Part shown: positions 1-9,240 of the stretch, piece after piece
How positions within the stretch are numbered: the stretch's first letter is position 1
Layout: every line of letters starts with the position of its first letter
From: an uncultured bacterium
Lineage (GTDB): Bacteria > Patescibacteriota > CPR2 > UBA1875 > CAIMLA01
Direction: 5' to 3'
Length of the DNA stretch: 64,000 bases
NCBI GenBank assembly: GCA_903842085.1
Contig: CAIMLA010000043.1
Location: 1,563-65,562, forward strand
The notes under the pieces: generated by a model
What the model saw: the letters and a program-made list of their open reading frames with translations, nothing else
The model's database searches: none
What the model was told of the DNA's origin: nothing
Translations under genes and position numbers: made by a program

Positions 1-647
1 TTAAATACAACAACGAACAATTGCTGTTAACTGCGCTCACACATCGTTCTTATCTAAATGAACACCACAATATCAAAGAGCACAATGAACGATTAGAATT
101 TTTAGGAGATGCAGTCTTAGAGCTGGTTGTGACTGAATATTTATATAAAAATTATAAGAACCCTGAAGGCGATCTAACCAATTGGCGAAGTGCCTTGGTT
201 AAAACAGAGACCATCTCTGAGGTGGCAAAAGAACTTGGTGTGGAGCAGTATATTTTGATGAGCCGAGGTGAAGCAAAAAGTCTTGGTCGGAGCCGTCAAT
301 TAATCCTAGCTAATATTTTTGAAGCCATCATCGGAAGCATCTATTTGGACCAAGGGTTAGATTCAGCGAAAAAGTTTATTCATGAACAGTTGATTGTCAA
401 ACTCGATAAAATCTTATCAGACAAATTATACATAGATCCAAAAAGTTTATTCCAAGAACTTGTCCAAGACAAAGAAGGGATTACTCCTTATTATGAAGTC
501 ATTGAAGAGGAGGGACCTGATCATGACAAGTTATTTACCGTTGGTGTCTTTGTCGGTGAAAAAAATTGGGGAGAGGGCAAAGGCCCCTCAAAACAAGCCG
601 CTCAAGCTGGGGCAGCGATCAAAGCCATTGAAAAGTACAAAAAATAA
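1..647 (+). CDS. rnc: Ribonuclease III, 5'-partial (frame stays open to the window edge)
   Basis: The RNase III signature ERLEFLGDAVLELVV is present, with a dsRBD-like C-terminus (GEGKGPSKQAAQAGAA). Upstream in-frame codons read KYNNEQLLLTALTHRSY with no stop. Confidence 0.9.
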   Translation, partial: KYNNEQLLLTALTHRSYLNEHHNIKEHNERLEFLGDAVLELVVTEYLYKNYKNPEGDLTNWRSALVKTETISEVAKELGVEQYILMSRGEAKSLGRSRQLILANIFEAIIGSIYLDQGLDSAKKFIHEQLIVKLDKILSDKLYIDPKSLFQELVQDKEGITPYYEVIEEEGPDHDKLFTVGVFVGEKNWGEGKGPSKQAAQAGAAIKAIEKYKK

Positions 648-712
648 AAATCGTTATAACATAAATTAAAGCGTTGCTACAAGTGGCGCTTTTTTTGTAC
701 AATTATGCTGTT

Positions 713-3700
713 ATGTATTTAAAGAAACTAGAAATATACGGTTTTAAATCCTTTGGCTCAAAAAGTGTCTTGGACTTTGAGCCGGATTGTGGAGCTGCTG
801 AAATTACGGCAATCGTTGGCCCGAACGGATCAGGGAAAAGTAATGTCGCCGATGCGATCAGATGGGTCTTGGGAGAGCAAAGCAATAATATCCTTAGAAG
901 TAAAAAGAGCGAGGATGTTATTTTTTGTGGTAGTGAATTAAAAAGTCGTTCTTCATTCGCTGAAGTTGTAATCACGCTATCACAAGAAAAAGAAATTATC
1001 ATCGAGATAAATAACAAAAAACATTCATTTCCCGAAATCTCGGTTAGCAGAAGGCTCTACAGAAGCGGGGAAAGCGAATACTTTATTAATCATAAAAAGG
1101 TTAGATTGCTCGATATCCAAGAGACCTTGGCTTTTCTCGGGTTTGGTCAATCAACCTATACCGTGATCGGCCAAGGGATGGTCGATCGACTCCTTTTTTT
1201 CAATGCGGCTGAACGGAAAACCTTATTTGATGAAGCTGCTGGAATAAGGCAGTATAAAATAAAAAGAGACCAATCACTAAAAAGGCTTGTGAGCACAGAG
1301 AGTAATTTAATTCGTCTGAATGATATTCTAAAAGAACTCGAACCACGAGTTGTCAACTTGAGAAGACTAGTCAAAAGGGCCGAAGGACGGAAAGAAATAG
1401 ACCTCCAGCTTGAGGCTTTACAAAGGAAGTACTATGGATCATGTTTCTTCGAAATAGACCAGAAAATCGCTCAATATGATCAAGAAAAGACCCAGATCGA
1501 AAAAGCAATTGAAGAGCTCCGAGCCGTTATAGACCACAATCACCAGCGAAAAACAAATACAGGCGAGAAGGACAGTTTCGGCAAAGAGGAGCTCGCCTGT
1601 AATCTGGAGTTAGATAAGCTATATAGCGATCGAGATAAGCTTATTAGAGAGATTGCTTATCAAGAAGGCCTGAAGGTCGAGAGCGAAAACCAAAAAGAGG
1701 CCAAAAAGCAGCAAAAAAAACGTTTAGACAGGGAGAGAACTCAATACGAAGAAAAGGAGACCCATCTTTGTGCCTTGATCGGAAAAAATCAAAAAGAGAT
1801 CCAAGCGTTGGAAGTAGTCGTAAGTGAGGTTGAAGCAAAAATAGAAAAATTAAAACAGAGCGAAAAGCTACTTGAGTTAAATCAGATAAAAAAATCTGAA
1901 AGTGAACAAACTCAAGCGATCGCAATGATTGAAGATAAAATTGGAAAATTGGAAAGCGATAAAGCCGAACTGAAAGAACAAGCCTTTATCTTGGCCAAGG
2001 ATGAGGAGCGGTCAAGAAAGCTAAAGGCAGATCAAGAACAGCTTTCAAATCAAAAAGAAGCCTCTTTAAGACAAATTAACGAGGTTGAAGAGAAGCAGGC
2101 CGAGACAATGAGAAAGAAAAATAATCTCAAGCGAGAGATTGACCAATTAGAAGAGTTGATCAAAATAATTGTACAAAATATCAAAAGCACCGAGGAGGAA
2201 ATACTAAAGACCAGCGATCATATAAGTGAAAAGAACCTGAAAGAAGTCGAAGACACTTTGATAAAGCTTGAAAGAGAAAAGGAATCATTATTTCAAGTAT
2301 TTTCTAGTACTGACAAAGTAAAAGCCACAACCACTTTTGATTTATTCTCAAGGCTTTTTTCTAAAGCGATGGATCAAATAAAACGACTAACCGACTCCTT
2401 GGATGCACGTAAAAGAGGTGAGAAGGAAAGTAAATTAAATAATTTACGGCAAGAGATGGATCACCAAAAAGAGGCGCTGACTGACTTAATCCTGGCCTTT
2501 GGGAAACTTAGCTCCGATATCGATAATTTTGAGAATAAACAAATCGAATTAACGGATCTTATTAACAATTTGGAGGGTGAGTTAAAATCACTTTCTCTTG
2601 AATTAGCGAAAAAAGACGGGCCAGGGAGGATAGAGGTGATAAGCGGAAAAATTCAGTCAATCGAAAAGGAACTTATTTTGTTAGAAAGAGACAAAAAACC
2701 TTATCTAGACAATGATTTAGAAATACAAAAAAATTATTTAACCAAGAAAAATGAAATACAGAAAAATATATCAGATTTAAATCAAGAACTTTACCATGAG
2801 AACTTGCTTTTAGCCAGAACGAAAAATATTTTAGAAAATCAACAAAAGGAGAAAGAGCTCTCCGTGGAAAAACTAGTTGAAATTGGGCAAGACCTGTCAA
2901 CTCACTTTGGGTCAGAGAATAATACCGTTCAAATACAAGATTCATCGCAACAAAAAGAAAAATTGGAGCAAGTCGAAGGACAAATAAAAGACTATAAGGA
3001 CAAGTTAGATAAGATCTATCTGAAAAAGAAGGAAACCGAAGCGGAAGACAGAAAAGCAGAACAAGAGGCCCATCAATATGAAAGCAAGGTAGTCGAATTT
3101 AGTAAAAAGCTCAACGAAGTCATTATGAGTCTTAGCCACTATCAAACAAAAAAAGAAAGTCTCAACGAAGAAGTTGGAAGCCTGAATAAATTTAATGACT
3201 CTAAGATGGCGCCAGCGGTCTTATCGCAGGAAGAAAAGGATTTGTTAAAAGCCAAAATCGAAAATCTAAAGCGAAAAAAAGAAATAATTGGGGGAGTCGA
3301 TCCTGAAACTATTAGTGAATTCGAGGAGCTTGATCAGAGAGAAACGGTGATGAGGCAGCAAGTTAATGATTTGGTTGTGGCCAAAAGCGACCTGGAAAAA
3401 ATTATTCAAGAATTAGATCAAAAAATTAAGAACAAATTTACTCAGACTTTCTCCGAGATCGCAAAACAATTTAATTATTATTTTTCAGTTTTGTTCAATG
3501 GTGGTTCCTCAAAACTGGAATTTGGTGAAGACGACCAAAACAATCTAGGCGTAGAAATTTCTGCCAGTCCGCCTGGGAAAAAAGTTCAAAGTTTGAATGT
3601 CTTATCAGGAGGGGAGAGAACCTTAACCTCTTTGGCCCTGTTATTCGCAATCCTGTCAGTTAATCCAAGTCCATTTTGTGTCCTAGATGAAGTCGATGCC

Positions 3701-3907
3701 GCCCTTGATGAATCTAACACGATTCGCTTCCTCAATATCCTTAAAAAGTTAAAAGCAAAAACACAATTTATCGTTATCACTCACAATCGAGAGACAATGA
3801 ATGTTGCAAACCTTTTATATGGTGTGACGATGGCAGAAAATCACATCTCAAAATTAATTTCTGTTCAACTTCAAGACGCCAAAGAGATGTCTCACGCCGA
3901 ACATTAA
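713..3907 (+). CDS. smc: Chromosome partition protein SMC
   Basis: The N-terminus MYLKKLEIYGFKSF plus Walker A GPNGSGKSN, a long coiled-coil middle, and C-terminal LSGGE and Walker B CVLDEVDAALD. The ATG at 713 gives the canonical N-terminus; the track's TTG at 674 is less likely. Confidence 0.92.
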   Translation: MYLKKLEIYGFKSFGSKSVLDFEPDCGAAEITAIVGPNGSGKSNVADAIRWVLGEQSNNILRSKKSEDVIFCGSELKSRSSFAEVVITLSQEKEIIIEINNKKHSFPEISVSRRLYRSGESEYFINHKKVRLLDIQETLAFLGFGQSTYTVIGQGMVDRLLFFNAAERKTLFDEAAGIRQYKIKRDQSLKRLVSTESNLIRLNDILKELEPRVVNLRRLVKRAEGRKEIDLQLEALQRKYYGSCFFEIDQKIAQYDQEKTQIEKAIEELRAVIDHNHQRKTNTGEKDSFGKEELACNLELDKLYSDRDKLIREIAYQEGLKVESENQKEAKKQQKKRLDRERTQYEEKETHLCALIGKNQKEIQALEVVVSEVEAKIEKLKQSEKLLELNQIKKSESEQTQAIAMIEDKIGKLESDKAELKEQAFILAKDEERSRKLKADQEQLSNQKEASLRQINEVEEKQAETMRKKNNLKREIDQLEELIKIIVQNIKSTEEEILKTSDHISEKNLKEVEDTLIKLEREKESLFQVFSSTDKVKATTTFDLFSRLFSKAMDQIKRLTDSLDARKRGEKESKLNNLRQEMDHQKEALTDLILAFGKLSSDIDNFENKQIELTDLINNLEGELKSLSLELAKKDGPGRIEVISGKIQSIEKELILLERDKKPYLDNDLEIQKNYLTKKNEIQKNISDLNQELYHENLLLARTKNILENQQKEKELSVEKLVEIGQDLSTHFGSENNTVQIQDSSQQKEKLEQVEGQIKDYKDKLDKIYLKKKETEAEDRKAEQEAHQYESKVVEFSKKLNEVIMSLSHYQTKKESLNEEVGSLNKFNDSKMAPAVLSQEEKDLLKAKIENLKRKKEIIGGVDPETISEFEELDQRETVMRQQVNDLVVAKSDLEKIIQELDQKIKNKFTQTFSEIAKQFNYYFSVLFNGGSSKLEFGEDDQNNLGVEISASPPGKKVQSLNVLSGGERTLTSLALLFAILSVNPSPFCVLDEVDAALDESNTIRFLNILKKLKAKTQFIVITHNRETMNVANLLYGVTMAENHISKLISVQLQDAKEMSHAEH

Positions 3908-3927
3908 GGTAGATCGATAACAAGCGA

Positions 3928-3956
3928 TTGACAAAAAGTGATATTTTTATTAATAT
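3928..3956 (+). promoter_or_regulatory. Sigma70-like promoter upstream of rpsP (TTGACA-17 nt-TAATAT)
   Basis: The -35 TTGACA is at 3928-3933 and the -10 TAATAT at 3951-3956, with a 17-nt spacer, about 40 nt upstream of rpsP. Confidence 0.55.
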
Positions 3957-3995
3957 TAGCAAAGTTATTATACAGTTTAACCGTAAGGAGAGAGA

Positions 3996-4430
3996 GTGGT
4001 AGTAATCAGATTATCCCGAGTTGGGAAAAAAAAGCAAGCCTTCTATCGTGTCGTAGTGGCAGATTCAAGACGACCAGTAACGGCAAAATTTATTGAAATA
4101 TTGGGTTGGTATAATCCCCATACTAAAGAACTGAATGTGAAAAAAGAAAAAATCGAAACCTGGTTTAGTCATGGCGCCAAACCATCTAACTCAGTCGCTA
4201 TTCTATTTGAAAAAAATAAGATCGCTTTACCGAGTTGGGTGAAGATTGAAAAGAAGAGTAAAAAACCAAAGAAAGAAGTCGAAATGGCTGAACCAGCCAA
4301 AGAAACTCCCGCCCCGGTAGAGCCACCAGAGGAGCCTCAAAGCCCCGAACAAGCTTCCGACGAAGTTGCACTAGACGATAAGAAACAGAATAATATAGAC
4401 AATACAAAAGTATCGGCTGACGATAAATAA
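3996..4430 (+). CDS. rpsP: 30S ribosomal protein S16 with a long acidic/Pro-rich C-terminal extension
   Basis: GTG start after AAGGAGAGAGAG. The N-terminus VVIRLSRVGKKKQAFYRVVVADSRRP is canonical S16. At 144 aa it is well above the usual 80-90 aa. Confidence 0.92.
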   Translation: MVVIRLSRVGKKKQAFYRVVVADSRRPVTAKFIEILGWYNPHTKELNVKKEKIETWFSHGAKPSNSVAILFEKNKIALPSWVKIEKKSKKPKKEVEMAEPAKETPAPVEPPEEPQSPEQASDEVALDDKKQNNIDNTKVSADDK

Positions 4431-4444
4431 AAAAGGAGAGTCTT

Positions 4445-4831
4445 ATGCCAGCAAAAGAAGCAGATCAAGAGTTTGTAGAGTACATTGTTAAACAACTAGT
4501 TACCCAGCCCGACAAGGTTCAAACGACTCGTAAAATTGACGAGCTAGGAGTTCTTGTGGAGCTTATCGTAGATCGAGATGATATGGGGGTTGTTATTGGC
4601 AAAGAAGGCAAAACAGCCAAAGCCATTAGAACTTTACTGAGAGTCATGGGAGCAAAAAACGACGCTCGGATTAACCTTAAAATTATTGAGCCTGATGGTG
4701 ATAGCAAGAGAGAAGAAAAGGTCCCAGAAAAAATTGAAGAAACCGAAGAAGTAGAAAAAGAAGAGGTTGCTAAAGCCGAGGATGAGCCAGAGAAGGAAGA
4801 CGAAGCGCCAATGGCAGACTTAGAACTTTAG
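4445..4831 (+). CDS. KH-domain RNA-binding protein (KhpA/YlqC-like) with an acidic tail
   Basis: It sits right after rpsP and carries the KH GxxG motif VIGKEGKTAKAIRTLL. RBS AAGGAGAG lies upstream. Confidence 0.75.
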   Translation: MPAKEADQEFVEYIVKQLVTQPDKVQTTRKIDELGVLVELIVDRDDMGVVIGKEGKTAKAIRTLLRVMGAKNDARINLKIIEPDGDSKREEKVPEKIEETEEVEKEEVAKAEDEPEKEDEAPMADLEL

Positions 4832-4856
4832 TTTTAGGGAATAAAAGGATACAATA

Positions 4857-4886
4857 ATGGAGCCACTTTGTGGCTCCATTTATATA
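4857..4886 (+). terminator. Hairpin plus T-rich tract between the KH gene and trmD
   Basis: ATGGAGCCAC-TTT-GTGGCTCCAT forms a 10-bp perfect stem (4857-4879), followed by TTTATAT. Confidence 0.5.
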
Positions 4887-4890
4887 AAAT

Positions 4891-5568
4891 ATGAAATTCA
4901 TTATCATCACCCTATTTCCTGAAATGTTCAAAGGCCCCTTGACCGAAAGTATTTTACCAAGAGCTCAAAAGAACGGCTTGGTTCATTTTGATTTTCTTAA
5001 TCTCCGAGACTTTGGTCTTGGTTCAAGAAAAAAAGTCGATGACACCCCTTATGGGGGTGGCGCCGGCATGGTCTTAAGAGTTGATGTGATGGCGGAAGCG
5101 ATCGCGGCGGCCAAATCAAAAATAAAGAATCAGAAGTCAAAGGTTATCCTTTTGACACCTCAGGGTAAAGTATTCAATCATTCAAAGGCGGTTGAACTGT
5201 CCCAAAAATACGAAGCTCTGATCTTGGTTTGTGGTCATTACGAGGGTTTTGATGAGAGAATAAGAAACCTAGTAGACGAAGAGATCTCGATTGGCGAATA
5301 TGTCCTAACTGGAGGAGAGATACCGGCAATGGTTTTAATCGACAGTATCAGCCGCTTATTGCCAGGTGTTCTTGGAACTACCGAATCGCTTAATGCCGAA
5401 TCATTTACCGATGGCCAATTATTGGAATATCCTCAATATACTAGGCCAGACGACTATGACAACCTGACGGTGCCAGAGATCCTAAAATCAGGTAATCATG
5501 CAGAAATTGAGACTTGGAGAAAAGCCCAATCGATTGCAAAAAGCCAAATTTACAAAAAAAGAAATTGA
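4891..5568 (+). CDS. trmD: tRNA (guanine37-N1)-methyltransferase
   Basis: TrmD-typical motifs are present: ITLFPEMF, DDTPYGGGAGMV, CGHYEGFDERI and SIGEYVLTGGE. Confidence 0.93.
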   Translation: MKFIIITLFPEMFKGPLTESILPRAQKNGLVHFDFLNLRDFGLGSRKKVDDTPYGGGAGMVLRVDVMAEAIAAAKSKIKNQKSKVILLTPQGKVFNHSKAVELSQKYEALILVCGHYEGFDERIRNLVDEEISIGEYVLTGGEIPAMVLIDSISRLLPGVLGTTESLNAESFTDGQLLEYPQYTRPDDYDNLTVPEILKSGNHAEIETWRKAQSIAKSQIYKKRN

Positions 5569-5618
5569 TGGTTTATCATTAATTATTTTGATATTATGTT
5601 AATAAGAAAAGGAGAAAA

Positions 5619-5798
5619 ATGGCAAAATTTAAGGTCAATCAAGAAGTGTGTATTGGTTGTGGAACTTGCGTGAGCTTATGTCCAGATTGTTTTGAACTGA
5701 ATGATGAAGGTAAGTCGCATGTTATTTTAGAAGAATGTGATTGTGACTCCGCTGAAATTGTAAATGACTGTCCGGTTCGAGCTATAACTGTAGAATAA
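5619..5798 (+). CDS. Small 4Fe-4S ferredoxin (59 aa; not in the supplied ORF track)
   Basis: Hand translation gives MAKFKVNQEVCIGCGTCVSLCPDCFELNDEGKSHVILEECDCDSAEIVNDCPVRAITVE. It contains a CxxCxxCxxxCP cluster plus a distal CP. RBS AAGGAGAAAAA precedes the ATG. Confidence 0.75.
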   Translation: MAKFKVNQEVCIGCGTCVSLCPDCFELNDEGKSHVILEECDCDSAEIVNDCPVRAITVE

Positions 5799-5799
5799 A

Positions 5800-6480
5800 A
5801 TGGATGATTTTGACGAAAAGACGGGCTCTAATGATAAGATTTGGAAAATAATCACTGCTTTGGCTGTCGTTCTTTTTGTCGTTGCAATAGTCTTTGTCAT
5901 TATCTTTGGTCTTCGGGTTCAAAGTAATAATAAGATAAAAGACCAAGAAATCTCCGCCAATCTTAAAGCTCAGGAAAAGGTCTTAAGAAATGAATTTCTG
6001 CAAGAAACAGAGTCAGATGATATTCAATATACAACCTCTCCTTACTTTGGCAGTCTAAAATTTAGTTATCCAAAAATTTGGTCAACAAATATTGCGATCA
6101 ATGAAGGCTCAGGAGAAGAATTCATCTTTATGGCTGACCCCAACTTGATCGAAATAAATGAAAAAGCTGCCTATACCCCAACTGCGCTTAAAGTAACCAT
6201 CAATAAAGACCGTTATGAGACCGTTTTGAAAAAGCTTGAGGACAAAAATAAAAGCGCCAAAGCGCCGTATAAGTGGACTGAAGCCGATACAGTTGTTTCA
6301 GAAATAAAAGGAAAGGTTTTCTCTGGATTGTACAGCAAGGAGAACCCAAACCGCTATATTATGGTTTTGGTTCCGTATCGAGACAAGACCTTGATCATTA
6401 GCACTGATGGTAGCACCACCGAGGATACCTATAAGAGCCAATTTGAAAAGACCTTAAGCTCATTTGAACTCAGAAAATAA
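5800..6480 (+). CDS. Hypothetical N-terminally membrane-anchored protein
   Basis: It has one TM helix (IITALAVVLFVVAIVFVIIFGL) and then a soluble domain containing the motif GSLKFSYPKIWS. No family was recognised. Confidence 0.6.
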   Translation: MDDFDEKTGSNDKIWKIITALAVVLFVVAIVFVIIFGLRVQSNNKIKDQEISANLKAQEKVLRNEFLQETESDDIQYTTSPYFGSLKFSYPKIWSTNIAINEGSGEEFIFMADPNLIEINEKAAYTPTALKVTINKDRYETVLKKLEDKNKSAKAPYKWTEADTVVSEIKGKVFSGLYSKENPNRYIMVLVPYRDKTLIISTDGSTTEDTYKSQFEKTLSSFELRK

Positions 6481-6521
6481 ATATTATATAATAGAGCACT
6501 CATAAACTCCGAGATTTTAAG

Positions 6522-8597
6522 ATGGAGCAAAACATTTTTAAATTAAAAAGTAACTTTGAACCACAAGGCGATCAGGGCCAAGCGATCGCTAAACTTAATC
6601 GTGGTTTAGAAAATAACTTCAGATATCAGACTCTCCTGGGGGTGACTGGTTCTGGGAAGACCTTTACTATGGCCAAGGTTGTCGAAAAAATACAGAAGCC
6701 AACCCTGATTATTTCTCATAATAAAACCTTAGCCGCCCAGCTTTATAGTGAATTTAAAGAATTTTTCCCAAACAACGCTGTTCATTACTTTGTCAGCTAT
6801 TATGACTACTACCAACCGGAAGCATATATACCAAGGACAGACACCTACATTGAAAAAGACGCTTCCATCAATGAAGAAATTGATCGTCTCCGGAATGCTG
6901 CCACGAGTGCCCTATTATCAAGGCAAGACACTCTGATTGTCGCGAGTGTTTCTTGTATCTATGGCTTGGGGGATCCAGAAGATTACAATACTTTAGCTTT
7001 GTCTTTAGAGCTAGGAGAAGAACGGAGTCGAGATAAGATCATTAGAAGACTAATTGACATCCAATATAACCGGAATGATAAGGTTTTTGAGCGAAGTAAC
7101 TTTAGGGTTAGGGGTGAGACAATTGATATTTGGCCAAGTTATGAAGAAGAAGGCATTAGATTGGAATTAGATAGTAATAATAGAATTTGTGTTATAAAAA
7201 AATTTAACCCCTTAACCGGAGAATTTTTGTCGAAGCTGAATTCGGTGACAATTTTTCCAGCCAAACATTTCGTAACGACGAAAGAGCGGATTAAAGAAGC
7301 GACCATAAAAATTAAGAGTGAACTGGAAGAGAGAATAACCGACTTAAAGAATGACAGTAAATTGCTCGAAGCCGAACGGCTGTCGCAAAGAACCAACTAT
7401 GATATGGAAATGCTCGAGGAGGTCGGATACTGCTCAGGGATAGAAAACTATTCTCGTCACCTGACAAATCGTCCACCAGGCGTCCAGCCAGCCACCCTGA
7501 TTGATTATTTCCCAGAGGATTACCTTCTCATGGTTGACGAATCTCATATGACCATACCTCAAATCAGGGGGATGTTTCACGGGGATTATTCGCGGAAGAA
7601 AACCTTGATCGACTTTGGCTTTAGACTGCCGAGCGCCTTTGATAATAGACCACTGAAATTTCATGAATTTGAGGATCATATTAAAAATGCTATTTTCGTT
7701 TCGGCAACGCCAGGTAGCTATGAGATTGAGAAAAGCACCGATGGGCAAGTACTAACCGCTGAGGAGTACTACCTGGCAGTTAAAAAAGGGAGAGACTTTG
7801 CCAAAATTAGTGAACAGGTCATTAGGCCAACCGGGTTATTAGATCCAATGATTGAGGTTAGAAAAACGGCTAATCAAATAGATGATCTAATCGCCGAGAT
7901 TAGAAGAGTCATCAAAACCAAGCAAAGGGTTTTGATTACGACCCTAACTAAAAAAATGGCAGAGGAACTGGCACAGTATTTGGCGGAGATGAATATTAGG
8001 GTCAAATATTTGCATTCTGAAATTCATACTTTAGATCGGCCCGAAATCATCCGAGAACTAAGATTGGGTATCTATGATGTTTTAGTAGGAATCAACCTGC
8101 TGAGAGAAGGCATCGATCTGCCCGAGGTTTCTTTGGTTGCAATCTTAGATGCGGATAAAGAAGGTTTTCTAAGAAGCGAGCAAGCGTTAATTCAAACTAT
8201 AGGCCGAGCGGCTCGTCACAGTCAAGGGCGAGTTATCATGTACGCTGACCAAAGAACTGGATCAATGGAAAGAGCAATCTTTGAAACAAATAGACGCCGA
8301 GAAATTCAAGAAAAATATAACCAGCTAAACAATATAACGCCGATAACAATCAAGAAAAAAATTGCGGACTCAATGGCTTCTCCTAAAAAAGGTGAAAATA
8401 ATGATGGTAAGTTCGAGATTTCTGGAATACCAAGAGATGAACTTGAAAGATTAATTAGAGATCTTGAAAAAAAGATGAATCTGGCCGCTAAAAATTTGGA
8501 GTTTGAAAAAGCCTCGGAATTCCGCGATCAAATAAGGTTGATCCGAACTGAATTAGAAAAAAACGATTTTAAGAAGAAAATTAAAAAACTTAGTTAG
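6522..8597 (+). CDS. uvrB: Excinuclease ABC subunit B
   Basis: Walker [15 protein letters not shown], helicase motifs, and a C-terminal UVR domain ([11 protein letters not shown]). Confidence 0.96.
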   Translation: MEQNIFKLKSNFEPQGDQGQAIAKLNRGLENNFRYQTLLGVTGSGKTFTMAKVVEKIQKPTLIISHNKTLAAQLYSEFKEFFPNNAVHYFVSYYDYYQPEAYIPRTDTYIEKDASINEEIDRLRNAATSALLSRQDTLIVASVSCIYGLGDPEDYNTLALSLELGEERSRDKIIRRLIDIQYNRNDKVFERSNFRVRGETIDIWPSYEEEGIRLELDSNNRICVIKKFNPLTGEFLSKLNSVTIFPAKHFVTTKERIKEATIKIKSELEERITDLKNDSKLLEAERLSQRTNYDMEMLEEVGYCSGIENYSRHLTNRPPGVQPATLIDYFPEDYLLMVDESHMTIPQIRGMFHGDYSRKKTLIDFGFRLPSAFDNRPLKFHEFEDHIKNAIFVSATPGSYEIEKSTDGQVLTAEEYYLAVKKGRDFAKISEQVIRPTGLLDPMIEVRKTANQIDDLIAEIRRVIKTKQRVLITTLTKKMAEELAQYLAEMNIRVKYLHSEIHTLDRPEIIRELRLGIYDVLVGINLLREGIDLPEVSLVAILDADKEGFLRSEQALIQTIGRAARHSQGRVIMYADQRTGSMERAIFETNRRREIQEKYNQLNNITPITIKKKIADSMASPKKGENNDGKFEISGIPRDELERLIRDLEKKMNLAAKNLEFEKASEFRDQIRLIRTELEKNDFKKKIKKLS

Positions 8598-8633
8598 ATT
8601 AGTTATAGTTGTCCTGCCGATCAGGACATAGCC

Positions 8634-9092
8634 CTAATCGGCAGGTTTTGGTTTGAGTTTTTTTACAGCAGGAACTTTGATCGTGGTAACGTAATTGTTG
8701 CCTTCTTTTTTCAGATTAATTGTGCCACCGATGCGGGCCAGAAGTTTTTTGGCGATCATTAAACCCCGACCGTGACAACGAAGCTCGTCTCCGGGCTTGT
8801 CTTCTTCTTTGACGCAATCTAGGCCATTGCCATTAGGTGAGTCTGGGTTGATAATTTGTACCGTTAACCCCGCATCATCTCTAACAATAGTGGCTGAAAC
8901 ATCACAGCCGCCATAGAGAAGGCCATTACTGACCGCCTCACTAACAGGGACGGTTACGCAAAGCACGTCTTTTGGATTAATGATACTTAGGGCCTCTTCT
9001 GCCGCCGCATCTCTTATAATGGCCATTGGACTTTGACCGGTTTCGTTTTCTTCTGAGTGTAAATCTAGCTTATAACGACGGGTGATAATCAC
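8634..9092 (-). CDS. Histidine-kinase-like ATPase (RsbW/SpoIIAB-type anti-sigma kinase fold), orphan
   Basis: An N-box-like SEAVSNGLLYGG and a G-box-like GRGLMIAKKLLARIGGTINL are present. It uses a GTG start with GAGGAG 8 nt upstream. It is the only minus-strand gene between uvrB and uvrA. Confidence 0.55.
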   Translation of the reverse strand: MIITRRYKLDLHSEENETGQSPMAIIRDAAAEEALSIINPKDVLCVTVPVSEAVSNGLLYGGCDVSATIVRDDAGLTVQIINPDSPNGNGLDCVKEEDKPGDELRCHGRGLMIAKKLLARIGGTINLKKEGNNYVTTIKVPAVKKLKPKPAD

Positions 9093-9178
9093 GAGAATCG
9101 CTCCTCAGTAAACTGATTTTTAATGTTCAAACCTATCCCTATTGTCTCCCATGGAATGAAATTGTCAAATCAAAATGC

Positions 9179-9207
9179 TTGAAATGTGGCTAAAAAAAGA
9201 GTACAAT
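9179..9207 (+). promoter_or_regulatory. Sigma70-like promoter upstream of uvrA (TTGAAA-17 nt-TACAAT)
   Basis: The -35 is at 9179-9184 and the -10 at 9202-9207, with a 17-nt spacer. Confidence 0.5.
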
Positions 9208-9240
9208 TTTAAAGTTTCTGACGCTAATTGAGGGGATTAA

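Noticed and set aside
674-712. The TTG start at 674 for smc, and analogous upstream alternative starts in the track for the cyclophilin (23696), clpP (49628), tuf (60988), tyrS (42871), nusA (32812) and clpC (34541)
   Set aside because: Downstream ATGs give the canonical conserved N-termini and sit at proper distance from GGAG-type RBSs. Several of the upstream extensions overlap the preceding gene.
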